A stretch of DNA of 64,000 bases from Marsupella aquatica (GCA_973895155.1 OZ316894.1:3372944-3436943); one strand, 5' to 3'. Numbered from the stretch's first letter, positions 25,801 through 38,430 are shown. Numbers and translations are program-made. The notes: generated by a model from the letters alone, not told the origin.

Positions 25801-28800
25801 TTCTGACCATCGCTGGTCAATTTGCAGCTTCCAGAGATCTTAAGAGTTCCTTTGGTGGAGTTGTGTTTACAAATAAAGCTTCTACGGCTGGGCAGTATAT
25901 CTTCTTTTCTTGAAAGGGTTAGGCTCTTATCTTGGCCCGTCTGTTTCTTCAAAATCTGGTACTATTTTCCGGTCACAAATCTTACTTGCAGGTGACGGGT
26001 TCACAGTTGAAAATCATGACCCACTAATGTTTGTCTTCTATGTAACCTCTAGGCACTGGAGCCTCCAAAGGCGGATGCAGTACAGAGTGCTATCTCTACA
26101 CTTCGTCAGGTACCCAATCTCAGCTACGATGGAGTTCGGATGGACCGGCATGACTTTTGTTATGTAGAAGATGGATTGTTTGTGTTCACTCTCCTGAGTA
26201 CTAAACTTTGTACTTGCAGGTTGGAGCCTTAGACGAGGCAGAAGTCTTGACATCCCTGGGGTATCATTTGGCCAATCTCCCAGTGGATGTTCGTGTTGGG
26301 AAGGTCCGTGTGCATTTGTTGAAACTGCAAGGAGCTTGCACATTTTTGATTGCTTTGCCTATGACCCTAATTTGTAGGATTGGACTTCATCTTTTTAGCT
26401 ATTTCCCTGCCTGAAAGTTTGACATGCCTTACGCGTCCTTTCACTTGAAACAGATGCTACTCTTTGGAGCCGTTTTAGGGTGTCTTAGCCCAGTCCTGAC
26501 GATTGCAGCTTGCCTCAGCCACAAGTCGCCCTTTACTTCACCTCAAGATCAGGTTCAAATTTCCTTTGCCCTTACCGGTTGTGTTATTGTTGTTGTTTTC
26601 GATTGTATTGACGAAGGGAGATCTTTGATCAACCAGTCATGCTAACCACCCCGTTAGTTTAACCAGTCAAGAAAATCTGAGGTTCAGCTTTCGTACTAAC
26701 TATTGGAGTTGTTGGGAACTTACGTTTTGCTTGCTGGTTTTCCCCAAAGCCGGACGAAGAAAAATAACAAGCAAGTTTTCATCATTCTTACAGAGGGAAG
26801 CCGCTGAGAGGGCAAAACAATTGCTAGTCGCTGATAAAGGACAGGATGGAACGGCTGCAAATGTTGCGTCTGGTCAACAATCTGATCACCTCGCAATGGT
26901 TGCTGCATACGAGGGGTGGAACACTCTAGCGTCATTGGTAACTAACGCAAAGATATTCTTCTACCTGATGGCAACTGGATCTTTTGTTTATCTTTCTTTC
27001 TCGTTCAGCAATGACATACTTATAATTTTTGGGTATCGGATGGATGACAGAAAGGAGCACGAGCTGCTCGTGAATATTGTAATAATAATTTTCTCAGTGG
27101 TCCTACTTTAACCATGTTACGGTAATGATTGTTTTCTCTATCTTATGTTGGAACCTGTCTTAGAAAAACCAAGTCTTGGACTTTCTTTGATTAAAATTCC
27201 ATCTACGTGGTTTTGATGCCTGAATTTTTCAGTGTTCGTGTACTCAGTATTAATTTACTTCACAGAATCTCATGTGCTAGCTGTTTTGGTTCTTAACAGG
27301 GATATGAGGAATCAATTTGCTTCTCTGTTGGCAGACATCGGCTTCATCCGTGTTCCAGAGGTTTGTATGAAATTTAGTCCTCTGAAAAGCGGTAGTCTGT
27401 CTCTAGCAGGCGCACAAGTGGTTTTGAATAGGCGCAATTATAGCCATGCTGCCATACTGAGCCACATTTGTCTGTTGGTGTGAAGGCCGATAAAGGGAAG
27501 AGATCTGGTAAAATTGAGAGCCTCATAAATGATCCTCGACAGCTTTTCAACCGGAATGCTCACCTATCATCAGTTGTGAAGGTACTGACTAGTCCTTCTC
27601 TTGCTCATCTTGAGGCTTTGCATAGTCAAATGACAATCTTGCCGTTTTTATGATCCACTAGATTAATTCATAAGAGCATCACATGTATCTTTTCTTTGTG
27701 CCCTCAGGCAGCGTTATGTGCGGGCCTGTACCCTAATGTAGCTGCAATGGAGGAGGATAGTGTGCGTGCTGGCCATGCAAGTGCACTCAGTCGGCGGGCA
27801 GGTCTGTCGTCTGGAAAACGCGCACATTGGTCAGATGGGCGTCGAGAGGTGTTCATTCATCCGACATCAATCAATCACAAAGTCTCCGAGTTTCGCCAAC
27901 CATTTATTGTATTCCATGAGAAGGTAAAGATTGTACCGATGTCAGTCCCTGCTTATCTTGTGTATGCTCTCAATTATCCTGCACAATTTCGAATATCTAA
28001 TAGTCTGGGTGATGCAAGTAGGAAAGCATGATATAAAGGACCTGAGTTTTGGATATAAGGAAGAGAGTTGAAAGGCGTAGAATCTTGCTTTAGACTGGGA
28101 AGAAACTGAAGTTCAAAGTTGTATTTTGGGTTGTCAGTGTAAGACTGTGTATTGCTAAGTCCAGCCTTCTCAGTAACCGAAAAGTGAAGTCTACCTTTGT
28201 TTGTTTGATATCATTTAGATGAAGGTATATAATTAGCAATTTGAATTGTCGGTTGTGTCTTTGAACTGGTAGGTGGAAACTAGCAGAGTGTACTTGCGGG
28301 ATACAACAGTTATTTCTCCTTACGCTCTTCTGTTGTTTGGTGGAGCAATCAATGTGCAACATCAGGTTCGTGCTGTCTTGATCGTATTTGTAGCGTTTTC
28401 TATCTCTCTTTGGTTCCCATCCGTGTAGTCTACTACTAGGGTCTCTAGTAGCTTTTAGAGGGTCAGGCAACCGTGGAGCATGCTATCTAGTTATAGATAA
28501 TGCGGCTCGAGAGTTGGTTGCGTCGTCATGAGATAAATGCTTGAATAAAATCTAAGTTTCAGTCTATTTCCATTCAGATGCGTGAGGTAGAAGGTTGACC
28601 TCGGGGTCGCAATTCGAGACTGCCTAGGATTGACGAGGTTTCTATTAACTGCTTGATACAGACGGGAAGGGTCACTGTTGATACATGGCTGGAGATGAAT
28701 TCTCCAGCTCAGACAGCCGTTCTGTTTAAGAATCTCCGTGCTGCCCTGGACTCATTGCTAGATGAACACATTCGAGCTCCTCAGGTACGTAACTCATCTT

Positions 28801-29068
28801 TGATACCTTTATAAATTCTTGGGATACATGGTAGTGAATAGGGAGACGATATTTTTGAAGTGCATTACATCAAGGAAAAGGAAGTCAAACAACTTGAGTT
28901 TTGTATACTTGCCATCGAGGGTCCTATTTTTTGTTCTTAAGGTGTAACCTTCTTCACGTCTGTGTCTTGTTTTATGGCTGTATCCAGGGAACGATATCCT
29001 CCAGTACGGAAGAAGTTATCAATTCGATAGCCCAACTACTGGTAGATGAAGAGAAAGTCCCATTATAG
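16802..29068 (+). CDS. DExH-box ATP-dependent RNA helicase, DHX29/DHX57 family (plant DExH7-like), roughly 35 exons
   Basis: Exon 1 is 16802-17134 (MGPKKGPQKQQQQQ). Exon 2 from 17388 encodes UBA-like LESALDWLCMNLP. A dsRBD-like segment lies at about 20205-20422. Motif I SGETGCGKTTQ is near 21680, DEVH near 23337, MSAT is split by an intron, then ATNIAETSITI near 25170, QRSGRAGR near 25552 and HA2/OB-region exons. The last exon is 28988-29068, ending in TAG. Confidence 0.92.
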
Positions 29069-30880
29069 ACCATTTATTGTTCTAGTGGGGCTCAATATCT
29101 GAAACTCTCAAGTGTGGTGTGTTATTCGCCATACATGGGAATCAGTAGTCGTCCCCTCCCTTCGTAATGGCGTGGAAATTGTAGTAGATGATTTCATCAC
29201 CATTCATGGGAATTGAAGTCCTAAGACGGATCTTTCTTTTGCCTGTTGCCTTTGTGATGCATTAGAATAAGGTATCCCAGAGTATGGTCAAGGTTGGGTC
29301 AGGGTCACCTCATGTAGGTACATACATGAAATGATAAAGAAATCAACTTCCGAGTGTGTTTTATTGGCTAACCTTTAAGTAGTTCGATTCATTGCAGTTC
29401 GTGAATTAGTGCACGCCAATCCAAGTCTTGACTTACTTGCCGGTTCTCCTGTGATGAGCTCATGGCTTGGAGCTTATAACTGTGTAGATCATAGCCTTCT
29501 GAAGCCTAGTTACAAAGGCCCTGAACACATGGAATGCATTTTCGAGAAGGAAAGATCATCCAGAACCACGAGTAATAGTATTTCTTGGCGGATGAGCATG
29601 ATTGAACCGTGGGTGTGTCGAGGTGAAAAATAAAGTGAAATGGACCAGTGCTAACAAGATGATGGATATGGTCAAGTTTACAAATGCCGTGGGGGTCTCA
29701 CTCTAAAACGTGTATTCTATCAGGGGACGTTTTGGGTCATAAGTACCCTAGAATATAAGAAATATTTTAATTAATATTTATAGCACCAAAAACATTAGTA
29801 TTAGGTCACAAGAATTTATAAGTCTTCCATTAAACACATTGCCCTTTTTCAATACTAAGTGGTGCACAATGAGTTTGAAGAAAAAAAGTGACTACCTAAA
29901 GTTCAATCTGCTCACATTTCCACCAAATTGCCCCCCTTCTTACCACGAGGGTGAGATGGCAAGAGTGTAATGAATTTGAAGATACTAAGTGAGTACCTGA
30001 AGTTAAATTTGCCTTCATTTCCTCCAAATACCCTGCTTCTTGCAAAGAGGATGAGATGGCAGAAATGTACTGCTATACTTTAGATGCAAACCCTAAACCC
30101 TAAACTCACTTTGCAAGTAAGGGTGAAAACAGGGGTGATGGAACAACACCCTAAGGAATTTGTCAGGTTCACTTAAAATCCATAAAGATTCTTGCAAGTG
30201 TGTATACATGTTATAACCCCCTCGTTTCTTTTCCCTAAGTAGTTTAAGGGAAGATTACCAGTTCTTGTTCGCTAGGTAGTTTCAGGGGAGGTTCCCAGCT
30301 AACCCTGGCTGGGGGTTTCCAAGGCTTGTAAACCCACCCTTTAGCTTTCTCTTTTTATTTCCATCGAGGTTATGAGCCATTAGCCCCCTGCCAGGCCCGG
30401 GGCTCATGAGCTTTGACCTCATGTGGCTCCGCCTGGTTGTCCAATTTCAAGGACAATTTTCAGGTTAAATATAGCAAAATGACCACGATTTTTTGTTGGG
30501 GGGTGGGGGGTGGTTACCATTGTTAACCCATGGCCACTCAGCCGCCATGGCTGTAACCCCCTCGGGCTCACCCAGGGTAACCTTAGACAACCAATCTTAA
30601 AGAAAATGACAATTTGATTTGCTGGAGCATGTCAAAAGACACATTCCTCCCTTGGGAACTAACATGGCACTTCCCTGTTAACCATTTCATTTTTGAGATA
30701 ATTCTCTGATCAAGGGGCCTTGAGTATTCTACCTTCGCAGGGGTCCCCATGTCAGGTCTAGAAACCGGCACCACGAATCTTACTAGGGAAAATGGTATCA
30801 AGCCTAATCCTTATTGTCTGACGAAGAAATCGTCTGTGTTTCAGAAAGCGAAGAGCTGAAAATGGTATCAAGCCTAATCC

Positions 30881-32428
30881 TTATTGTCTGACGAAGAAAT
30901 CGTCAGAAGCATACTGAAGCATCTCATCCTCATCCAAAAGCTTATCTGCACTTGCGATGTCTCCCTTTATCCTCTGCACGAGATCACCGAGAGAGGTGAA
31001 TCGCATCTCACCACGAATGAATCCCAAGACGATGATACTTAATTCTTTGCCGTAGAAGTCACGACTGAATTCATGGAGGATATTCACTTCCACTGTGACC
31101 CCTTCACCATCTGCAAAGGTGGGTCGGTTCCCTATATTCATAACCATCTTGTAAACCCCACCATCCAATTCCTCTGCATCGTGTTGTTGTGCCCATCCGA
31201 AATAGACCCCTTTTGGTAATGCAAGGAAACCGGTGGGTAACTCGAATGGATCTATGTTGGCTGTGGGAATGCCCATCTGCTTGCTTCCACGGCCAAAACC
31301 TTGCACAATGTGTCCCCGTGCACGAAGCGGAAACCTTTGTTGCCTCGACGGTTCTCCTGAATCATTTCGAGATTGTAAAGCTGCGGAAGTTCCTTCCACC
31401 TCAAGAGTGGCTAGGTAGAAAGATGGTTCATCCTGAAGCTCCACAAGCTTTAGGGGCAGTGTCTCAATAAAATTCTGTAAGTCAGCCGCATCAGGAAGAC
31501 TCTGAAGTATGAGTTGTGGGTTCCTTTGTCTGCATAAAGTCACATCTTTCTTTCCCTGGCTACAGCCGATGACGATCTTCGCGCCATGGTTGCAGAGGCT
31601 TGCCACAGCTCCGAGAAGATCAGCAGGAGAGTAAGCAGTTGCCAAAACAGAGTGGAGAAACACGGAGTCGAAAGGACCGTATGAATCTGGCAAATCCTCG
31701 ATGTGGCCAAGCCAGCAAATGACATCGTCGTTCATTTCTTTGACGGTCCCCAGCACTGACATGGAGAAGTGGGTCACGACCACCGAAGCTGGAGTGGCCG
31801 TCACCAGTAGCTCCTGTACAAATGCAGCACTCCCACCCCAAACAAGAACCCGAGAGTTCCTCTGCACTCGCCCAGCAGCAAGCAGCAAGCTCAGCTTCTC
31901 CTTCACCGCTGGAGAGATTCCACCACAACAGTCCTCATCCACAAAGAGAAACTCGTTCTCCAAGTAGAATTCCTCCAGCTGCTCTGTGTGTTCCTGTCTG
32001 GTAGATTTGAACGTTCCATCTGGAGAGGTATCACCTTGGGCAACGGCAGAGGTCCCAACGAATGGCTCCGTGGAGGAACCAGGAGCACTTTGATTCCAGC
32101 CAAATCTCTTCCAACACAAAGATTCAGGTCTTTCCTTCCCCCTGTTCTGCAGACCTTGACATTGAGCTCTGCAAGGAAAATATTTCGGAAGCTGGAATTT
32201 GAAAACTGGAAGACGATGACTCGAAGCGCAACGCTCGCTGAAGATTGCAAATGCGAAAGCAGGAGGCTGAGGTTTAGAGGACAAAATCGAGGAAACACTC
32301 ATTGAGATGGGATTTGAGAGGGTAGATTGCAGAGCTGAGGAGAAAAACCGCTGCTGAGGATTGTCCTGTACAGATACACAAGACGAGTTCCATTGCCAGC
32401 ACTTGAAAACCTGGCCACATGCTTCCAT
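30881..32428 (-). CDS. Intronless fusion protein: putative transit peptide, SAM-methyltransferase-like fold and C-terminal riboflavin kinase
   Basis: 515-aa ORF. The C-terminal region (about 30881-31330) has GFGRGSKQMGIPTAN, GVYFGWA, NIGNRPTF, VEVNIL and LGFIRGEMRF flavokinase motifs. The middle region (RVLVWGG...GPFDSVF...GAKIVI) looks like a Rossmann methyltransferase fold. The N-terminus is Ser-rich; the start codon is uncertain. Confidence 0.88.
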   Translation of the reverse strand: MEACGQVFKCWQWNSSCVSVQDNPQQRFFSSALQSTLSNPISMSVSSILSSKPQPPAFAFAIFSERCASSHRLPVFKFQLPKYFPCRAQCQGLQNRGKERPESLCWKRFGWNQSAPGSSTEPFVGTSAVAQGDTSPDGTFKSTRQEHTEQLEEFYLENEFLFVDEDCCGGISPAVKEKLSLLLAAGRVQRNSRVLVWGGSAAFVQELLVTATPASVVVTHFSMSVLGTVKEMNDDVICWLGHIEDLPDSYGPFDSVFLHSVLATAYSPADLLGAVASLCNHGAKIVIGCSQGKKDVTLCRQRNPQLILQSLPDAADLQNFIETLPLKLVELQDEPSFYLATLEVEGTSAALQSRNDSGEPSRQQRFPLRARGHIVQGFGRGSKQMGIPTANIDPFELPTGFLALPKGVYFGWAQQHDAEELDGGVYKMVMNIGNRPTFADGEGVTVEVNILHEFSRDFYGKELSIIVLGFIRGEMRFTSLGDLVQRIKGDIASADKLLDEDEMLQYASDDFFVRQ

Positions 32429-33872
32429 AGCTTGAGAGCTTGCTCCGCGACCCAGAGGGAGCTGCCGACGAGAAAAGTTTTATGCGTCCCTCTGGATTAC
32501 TCAAACTCAGGATAGACTTCTGAATTGCAATTTGTCTGTCAATATTAACTTCAGAAGCACGCACCTGTCGAATTTGAATCCCCCATGGACAACAAGGTTG
32601 GTCTTTGCAACCCCCATAAACACATGACCACATTTCCCAAAATTTGAGTCTAAGTGTAATAACTTGGTAATCAGAAATTCAAATATTTTTTATTTAGGGA
32701 CCCCAATTAGAGGTCCCTTCCAAAATTATTGGCACTAGAGTTTGTCACGTAAACAACAAGTGCAACAAACAAGAATTGTCAGTTTTGTGATTCAATTTTT
32801 TTAAAGACATGCTAGAGGAATAGGTATACTAAGCTTGCATCAAAGTGACAGTGAAATTTTTGGCCTTTTTGGTTGAGGTTTTCATCATAAAATGTGGAGG
32901 GGTATTACATAAGATTAATTTTCATTGTGCTAATAAAAAAATAAAATTTGGGCTTGTGTTTTTCTTTACGTACCCGCTTCTCTAAGTTGCCTTGGAGATG
33001 CAAAACTAAATTGTGCCTTGGAGATGCAAAAAAAGGTAGGGGTAAAAATGTACAAAAAGATTTGTTTGAAACTTTTTATGAGAGTGTTTACTGCCCAAAA
33101 GTTTTGGGCATGATATGAGATTCCCCTTAGAGTGAACCCAACAAGCATAGGACCATTTCCAATCCTTTATCAACTACTAGAATACAAGGTTGTGCCTTTT
33201 TATGGAGTGGTCATCATTTGAATTTGAAGGGCACAAAAATCAAAGAACTTGACCAAGAGAAAGAATAAACCAAAATTGAATTATATTTAGTGTGAAGTAA
33301 AGAGTGCATTTTTTCCAATCAAAAAATAAAGGGGTGCCAGAGAATGGCAATACACAATAATCAAGTACTTTATGGACAGATAGGTATAATACTATCCATG
33401 CATAGGAAATCATCCATGCATAGACATAGTACTTTTCATACCTAGACATTCATATCAAGTATTCCCATGATAATCTATGTCAATTACAAATATTACATAA
33501 TGTAATAGAAAACATCACACCAAAAAATAGTACAAAAGCGGTAAAAGTGGGTGGGTTTAGAAGGAATTAAAAAATGAAAAATATAAAGACTAAAATAATT
33601 CTTAACTGGTGATACTTTGTGGTTTTTGTCACTCATTTTTTTCCCCATCACATCTTTTACTGGATAACATTTTTCCCCAGAAAATATTTTACTCAATATA
33701 TAAACTTGATTGAAGCCCAATGGCCAGTGATAAAAAAGTGTTCATGGAAGTATCAGGATCATAAAAATTGCACATGTCCTCCAAATAGATACTTGCAAAT
33801 AAAAAATGTCGAGAAAACCTTGTGTGGAGCACGTGAAAGTGAGTCGCATGACTACCTTTCAATACAGTTAAA

Positions 33873-34052
33873 ATTCAAATCCGAAGACATAATTGATATT
33901 GTCTTCACTTTGCAGTTTGTGTAGCGGTTGCGGTTCAAATCCGAAGACATAATCCATATGGCCTTCACTTTGCAGTTAGTCTAGCGTCCGCGGTTCAAGT
34001 CCAAAGACATAATCCATATTGTCTTCACTTTGTAGTTTGGATAGCGGCGGCC
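33873..34052 (+). repeat. Tandem repeat, 60-bp unit, three copies
   Basis: ttcaaatccgaagacataatccatattgtcttcactttgcagtt at about 33873, 33933 and 33993. Confidence 0.85.
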
Positions 34053-34298
34053 GCAATTCCGTGGTTCCCCCAACCATGTCGTATGACCTTTCTGTTCGAC
34101 AATATATGCAAGATTGGGTGCGGCATTCGACATTGCACTTGGTCATTGCATCAAGAAAACATTGGTTAGAGTGATTGTTACAAGAACAACCGACACAAAA
34201 GTGTAGGAGGGAGCCTATTAGGTAAAAAAGTTTCATAGGGGCCCATCAGGTAAGAATGTTACACCAGTGGGTCCATCAAGTATATACCTCCAGTCCTC

Positions 34299-37200
34299 CT
34301 ACTTGAGAATGTCATCTAAAGTTCTTACAGTGAGTGCTTCTTGACCTATCTTCTGAATATTAAGCAAGAACTCAAGCACAACATTCATGGATGGGCGATT
34401 TCCTGGCAGCAGCCTTGCACAAAAAATACCTAATTGTAATGTTAACATCATTTGCTTCCTAATGATGGCGTTACTAGCACCCTCAATTTTGAGAGTTGGG
34501 GTGAGCACGTTGAATGGTGTAATTCCAGGTGTAATATTTGACTCTTGGAAACTGTGCTGCACTATGGCCACTAGATCCTCATCTTGGCCAGAAGGGGTCA
34601 TGCTCTGTGATTGTGTAACTGGTTTTCCGGTCAAGAGCTCAAGCAGAACCACTCCGAAGCTATAAACATCTCCTTTGGTGCTGACTCTTGCACCTGTCCC
34701 ATATTCTGGATAACCAAAGTATCCCACAATGTTGTTAGGAACAAAACAACAATCTTATCTCAAGTTCCAATTCTAGTGCTGGTTTGAATGCACCACCTTG
34801 AACAGGTTTAAGTAGATCATAAATTCCACCGCTCAATGCTTTTATTAGCCAGGACCCGAAGTAACTACCCTAGATAGAATACTTGAGTATTTGATTGCCC
34901 CATAATTATCATCTCAAAGGGCGGGGATGGGTTTGGGGTCGCACTGGGTTAAATTATCTATCCTGGAAAAAAAAACGAAATGCTGCGAAGTTATGCAATT
35001 AATCCTCATTCCAATCACTCTGTAGATGAAGTAGAATATACAGTTTATTAGTAGAAGACGCTCACCTGGAGGCATGTAGCCAAAGGTGCCACAAACTGTC
35101 GAGGCAGACACTTCCCCATTCTCGCCATGATTGCTGTATGCCACGAACTTGGAAATCCCAAAGTCACACAGCTTCGGTTCCAAATCTGCATCCAGAAGTA
35201 TGTTGCTTGGCTTCAAATCCCTATGTATGATCGGGTTTGGAAGTTCATGGTGAAGGTACACCAATCCATGCGTCACACCCAAGAGTATGTTCAACCTTTG
35301 TGCCCAAGTCAACTCACACGGTGTATCCCCATGCAGATTGCTATGTAAACTCCCCTTGGGCATGAATTCCAGCAAGATGGCTTTCAGATCCACACTCGAG
35401 TACATCCCGACAACCTTAATGATATTGCGGTGCCGCAACTGAGCAAGAGTGTGCGCCTCACTCAAGATCTCCTTCTCATCATGCTGCTTCCCCTCGATTG
35501 TAGAGAGCCCTCGATCCTTGAAAACTTTGATAGCGATGATCTCACCGCCAGGTAAATCCGCCCTGTACACAGTACTTTTGGCGCCGTTTCCAATTGCAGA
35601 GTCCTCCCCAGTCCTACTGCGGCAAGTATGTCAGACTTCGTAAAGAACCTCATCGAAGGAACATTGGTGAATGTTAGGAGTCCGAGGTCCCCGCTGTCTT
35701 TCTTGCCATAACAACGGGAGGAGATATACAAAGCTCCAACGAGAATTACAACAAACCCCAGAGCAGAAACTACAGATATCCACACTCGGGGACATTCAAA
35801 ACCGTTGCAATGTGACCTCGACCTCACTGGCGAAGCTATTCCAACAGGACAGAGTCGCTGAGGCCCAAGAATAGCTCCACACAGCCCAGGATTTCCCAAA
35901 AATGAAGCCGTCGTCAGATTGTCCTGGAAAGCACCCGAATTAGGGATCGGCCCACTAAAGTTGTTATAAGAACAGTTGAAGGTCGTAAGACTCTTAAGTA
36001 ATCCAAGATCTTGAGGAATTGACCCAGAAAGCTTATTGAAAGAGAGATCCAAGCTTTCAAGCGAAAGACATCCTCCAAGACCCAAAGGAATTGGTCCTGA
36101 GATGTTGTTAGAGGATACATTTATGACCAGAATTCTGGTTAGTTCATTCAATTGTGATGGCCATGAACCAGAAAATAGATTACCGCATAGATTCAATGTC
36201 GCCAGAGAAGACATTGGAGCAAAAGCGTCCCCGGGAATGCTGCCCGTCAATTTGTTGTGTGAAAAATCCACTAATAGCAGCTGTGTACAATTGCCCAAGG
36301 AAGCCGGAAGCACCCCGATGAATTTGTTTGCAGACATATCCAATTGCTGCAAATTGATAAGTTGGCCAATCTCCGCTGGTATCGAACTACCCAAGTTATT
36401 GTCACTGAGGTCAAGGGTTTCCATCAAGTGAAAGTTCCTGAGGAGCTCCGCTGCAACACTTCCAGAAAGCTGATTCTGGCCAAGGAAAAGAAATTGTAGA
36501 TTGGTCAAATTGGCAAGCCCGAGGGGAATTTGTCCACTCAGGAGATTTCCTCCGAACTCCAAATGAAACAGGTTGGAGCAATTGCTGAAGGATTCTGGAA
36601 TCGGGCCATGAAAAGAGTTATTATTAGCAACAAAGCGCTGCAATCGCTGGAAGCTTCCGAAATTTCCATCTAACTCCCCGTGGAATGGATTATATTGCAC
36701 TCCTATGGATTGCAAGCTCGACGTTAGATTGTAGATGAAAGTAGGGAATGAGCCCGAGAGAAGGTTATGGCCAATCAAGAGATGTGCCAATTGTGACAGG
36801 TGTCCTAACTCAGCAGGAGGTTGACCGGTCAGCTGATTGTCGTCAACGGCAAGATTGTCTATAGCAGTGCAATTTCCGAGCGATGGTGGAATCATCCGGA
36901 CAAATTGTTGGACGAGACCAAAAACTGACGAAGTTGGGAAAGTTGACCTATCGCTGTGGGAATTTCACCTTGAAGATTCATGTCAGCTAAATAGACGTTC
37001 TGCAAATTTTGCAATGATACTATCCAAGGGCGCAGACCGTGAGGATAAAATCCTGGGTTCTCAGCCAACCAGAGTCCTTGTAAACGTGTACAATTGGATA
37101 ACGACGACGGAATTACGCCACTGAATGCGTTGTTGGAAAGATATAGTTGTTCCATGTTTCTCAGCAAACCTATTTCATCTGGGATAGAGCCTGCTAACTG

Positions 37201-38430
37201 GTTCTCGTACAAATGAAGGAATGTAAGGGAGGTCACGTTGCATATGGATCTGGGAATCTCTCCGACGAGACCAGAATTACTGATATCCAAAGTTTCCAAA
37301 TTAGTCAGTGAACCGATCTCAGGTGGGATCTCAGATCCATCCCACACGTTGGATTCCAATCCCAGCCCGGTAAGATTTGATAATTGGCTCCACGCTTGAG
37401 GTAGCTGACCAGCGAATCGATTGAAGCCAAGGCCGAAGTTCTGCAGCGAAGTCAGATTCAATGTCCACATTGGAAAACTCCCCTCGAAACTGCAGAGCTT
37501 TAAGCGGAAATCTTGCAAGTGAATCAGCTCACCCAACTCGAAAGGGAGTTCCCCTCCGAGTCTAATATTGTTGCCCAACCACAAGTGGGTAAGTGAGGAG
37601 CAGTTACCCAAAGTAGATGGAATAGAACCAGAAACTGAGCTGCTGTTGAGACTCAGAAACTTCAAGTAGGACAAGGCGCCAAATTCAGGAGGAATGCCTC
37701 CGTCAAAAGAATTATTACCTAAATCCAAATGTCTTAGAGCCGAGCAGTTGCCCAGTGATCCTGGAATCCCTCCAGTGAGGTTGTTGTTGGACAAGTCTAG
37801 AATTTGAAGTTTGTCAAGATTTCCGACTGGAGGAGGGATAATTTCGTTCAGTTCATTGAAGGAAGCGTTGAGATGCAACAGATTGGAGCAGTTGCCAAGA
37901 CTAGCTGGTATGGAGCCGTGCAACAAGTTCCGCGAGAGATCCAGATGCTGCAGATCTAAAAGCTGACCAAGGAGGGTTGAGACCGTTCCTACCAGGTTAA
38001 GGCCTGCCAGATTCAGGGTGGTGACATGCTTGGAGTTCGCTGCACATCCAACCCCTGGCCATCTACTGGGATCAGAGTCATTTGCGCGCCAGCTATTGAG
38101 CACTCCCAGCGGATCGACCGTGATTTCGCTCTTGAAACCAATGAGAATGTCCACATCCTTGCTAGCCTTGGCCGGGTTGATTCTTACGTTTTGTTGAAGT
38201 GAGTGTCGTCTCCTTCCCCGGGCGGATGTGGAAAGAGGAGTGCTGGACGCAGCAGTGGCTACTAGATTATTGAACGTTGGTGTGTCAGCTCGTCCCATTC
38301 TCCTTAAAGCTATAGCATGACTCTCTATACTGCTGCCGATAGAACCGCACAAAGAGCATTGCCCCTTTGCGAGGATCACAACCGTGATGATAAGATGCCG
38401 GAGAAGAGTGCCTCGAATCGTTGCTGCCAT
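34299..38430 (-). pseudogene. LRR receptor-like kinase copy A (LRR-XII, FLS2/EFR-like), two single-base frameshifts as assembled
   Basis: Signal peptide, LRRNT, more than 20 plant LRRs, TM helix, kinase HRDLKPSNILL and DFG, GTFGYMPP|EYG split by a GT-AG intron at 34706-35065. Frameshifts lie near 36895 and 35610. Confidence 0.88.

Noticed and set aside
30088-30105. Telomeric aaaccct repeat
   Set aside because: Only about 2.5 units; too short to call an interstitial telomere.
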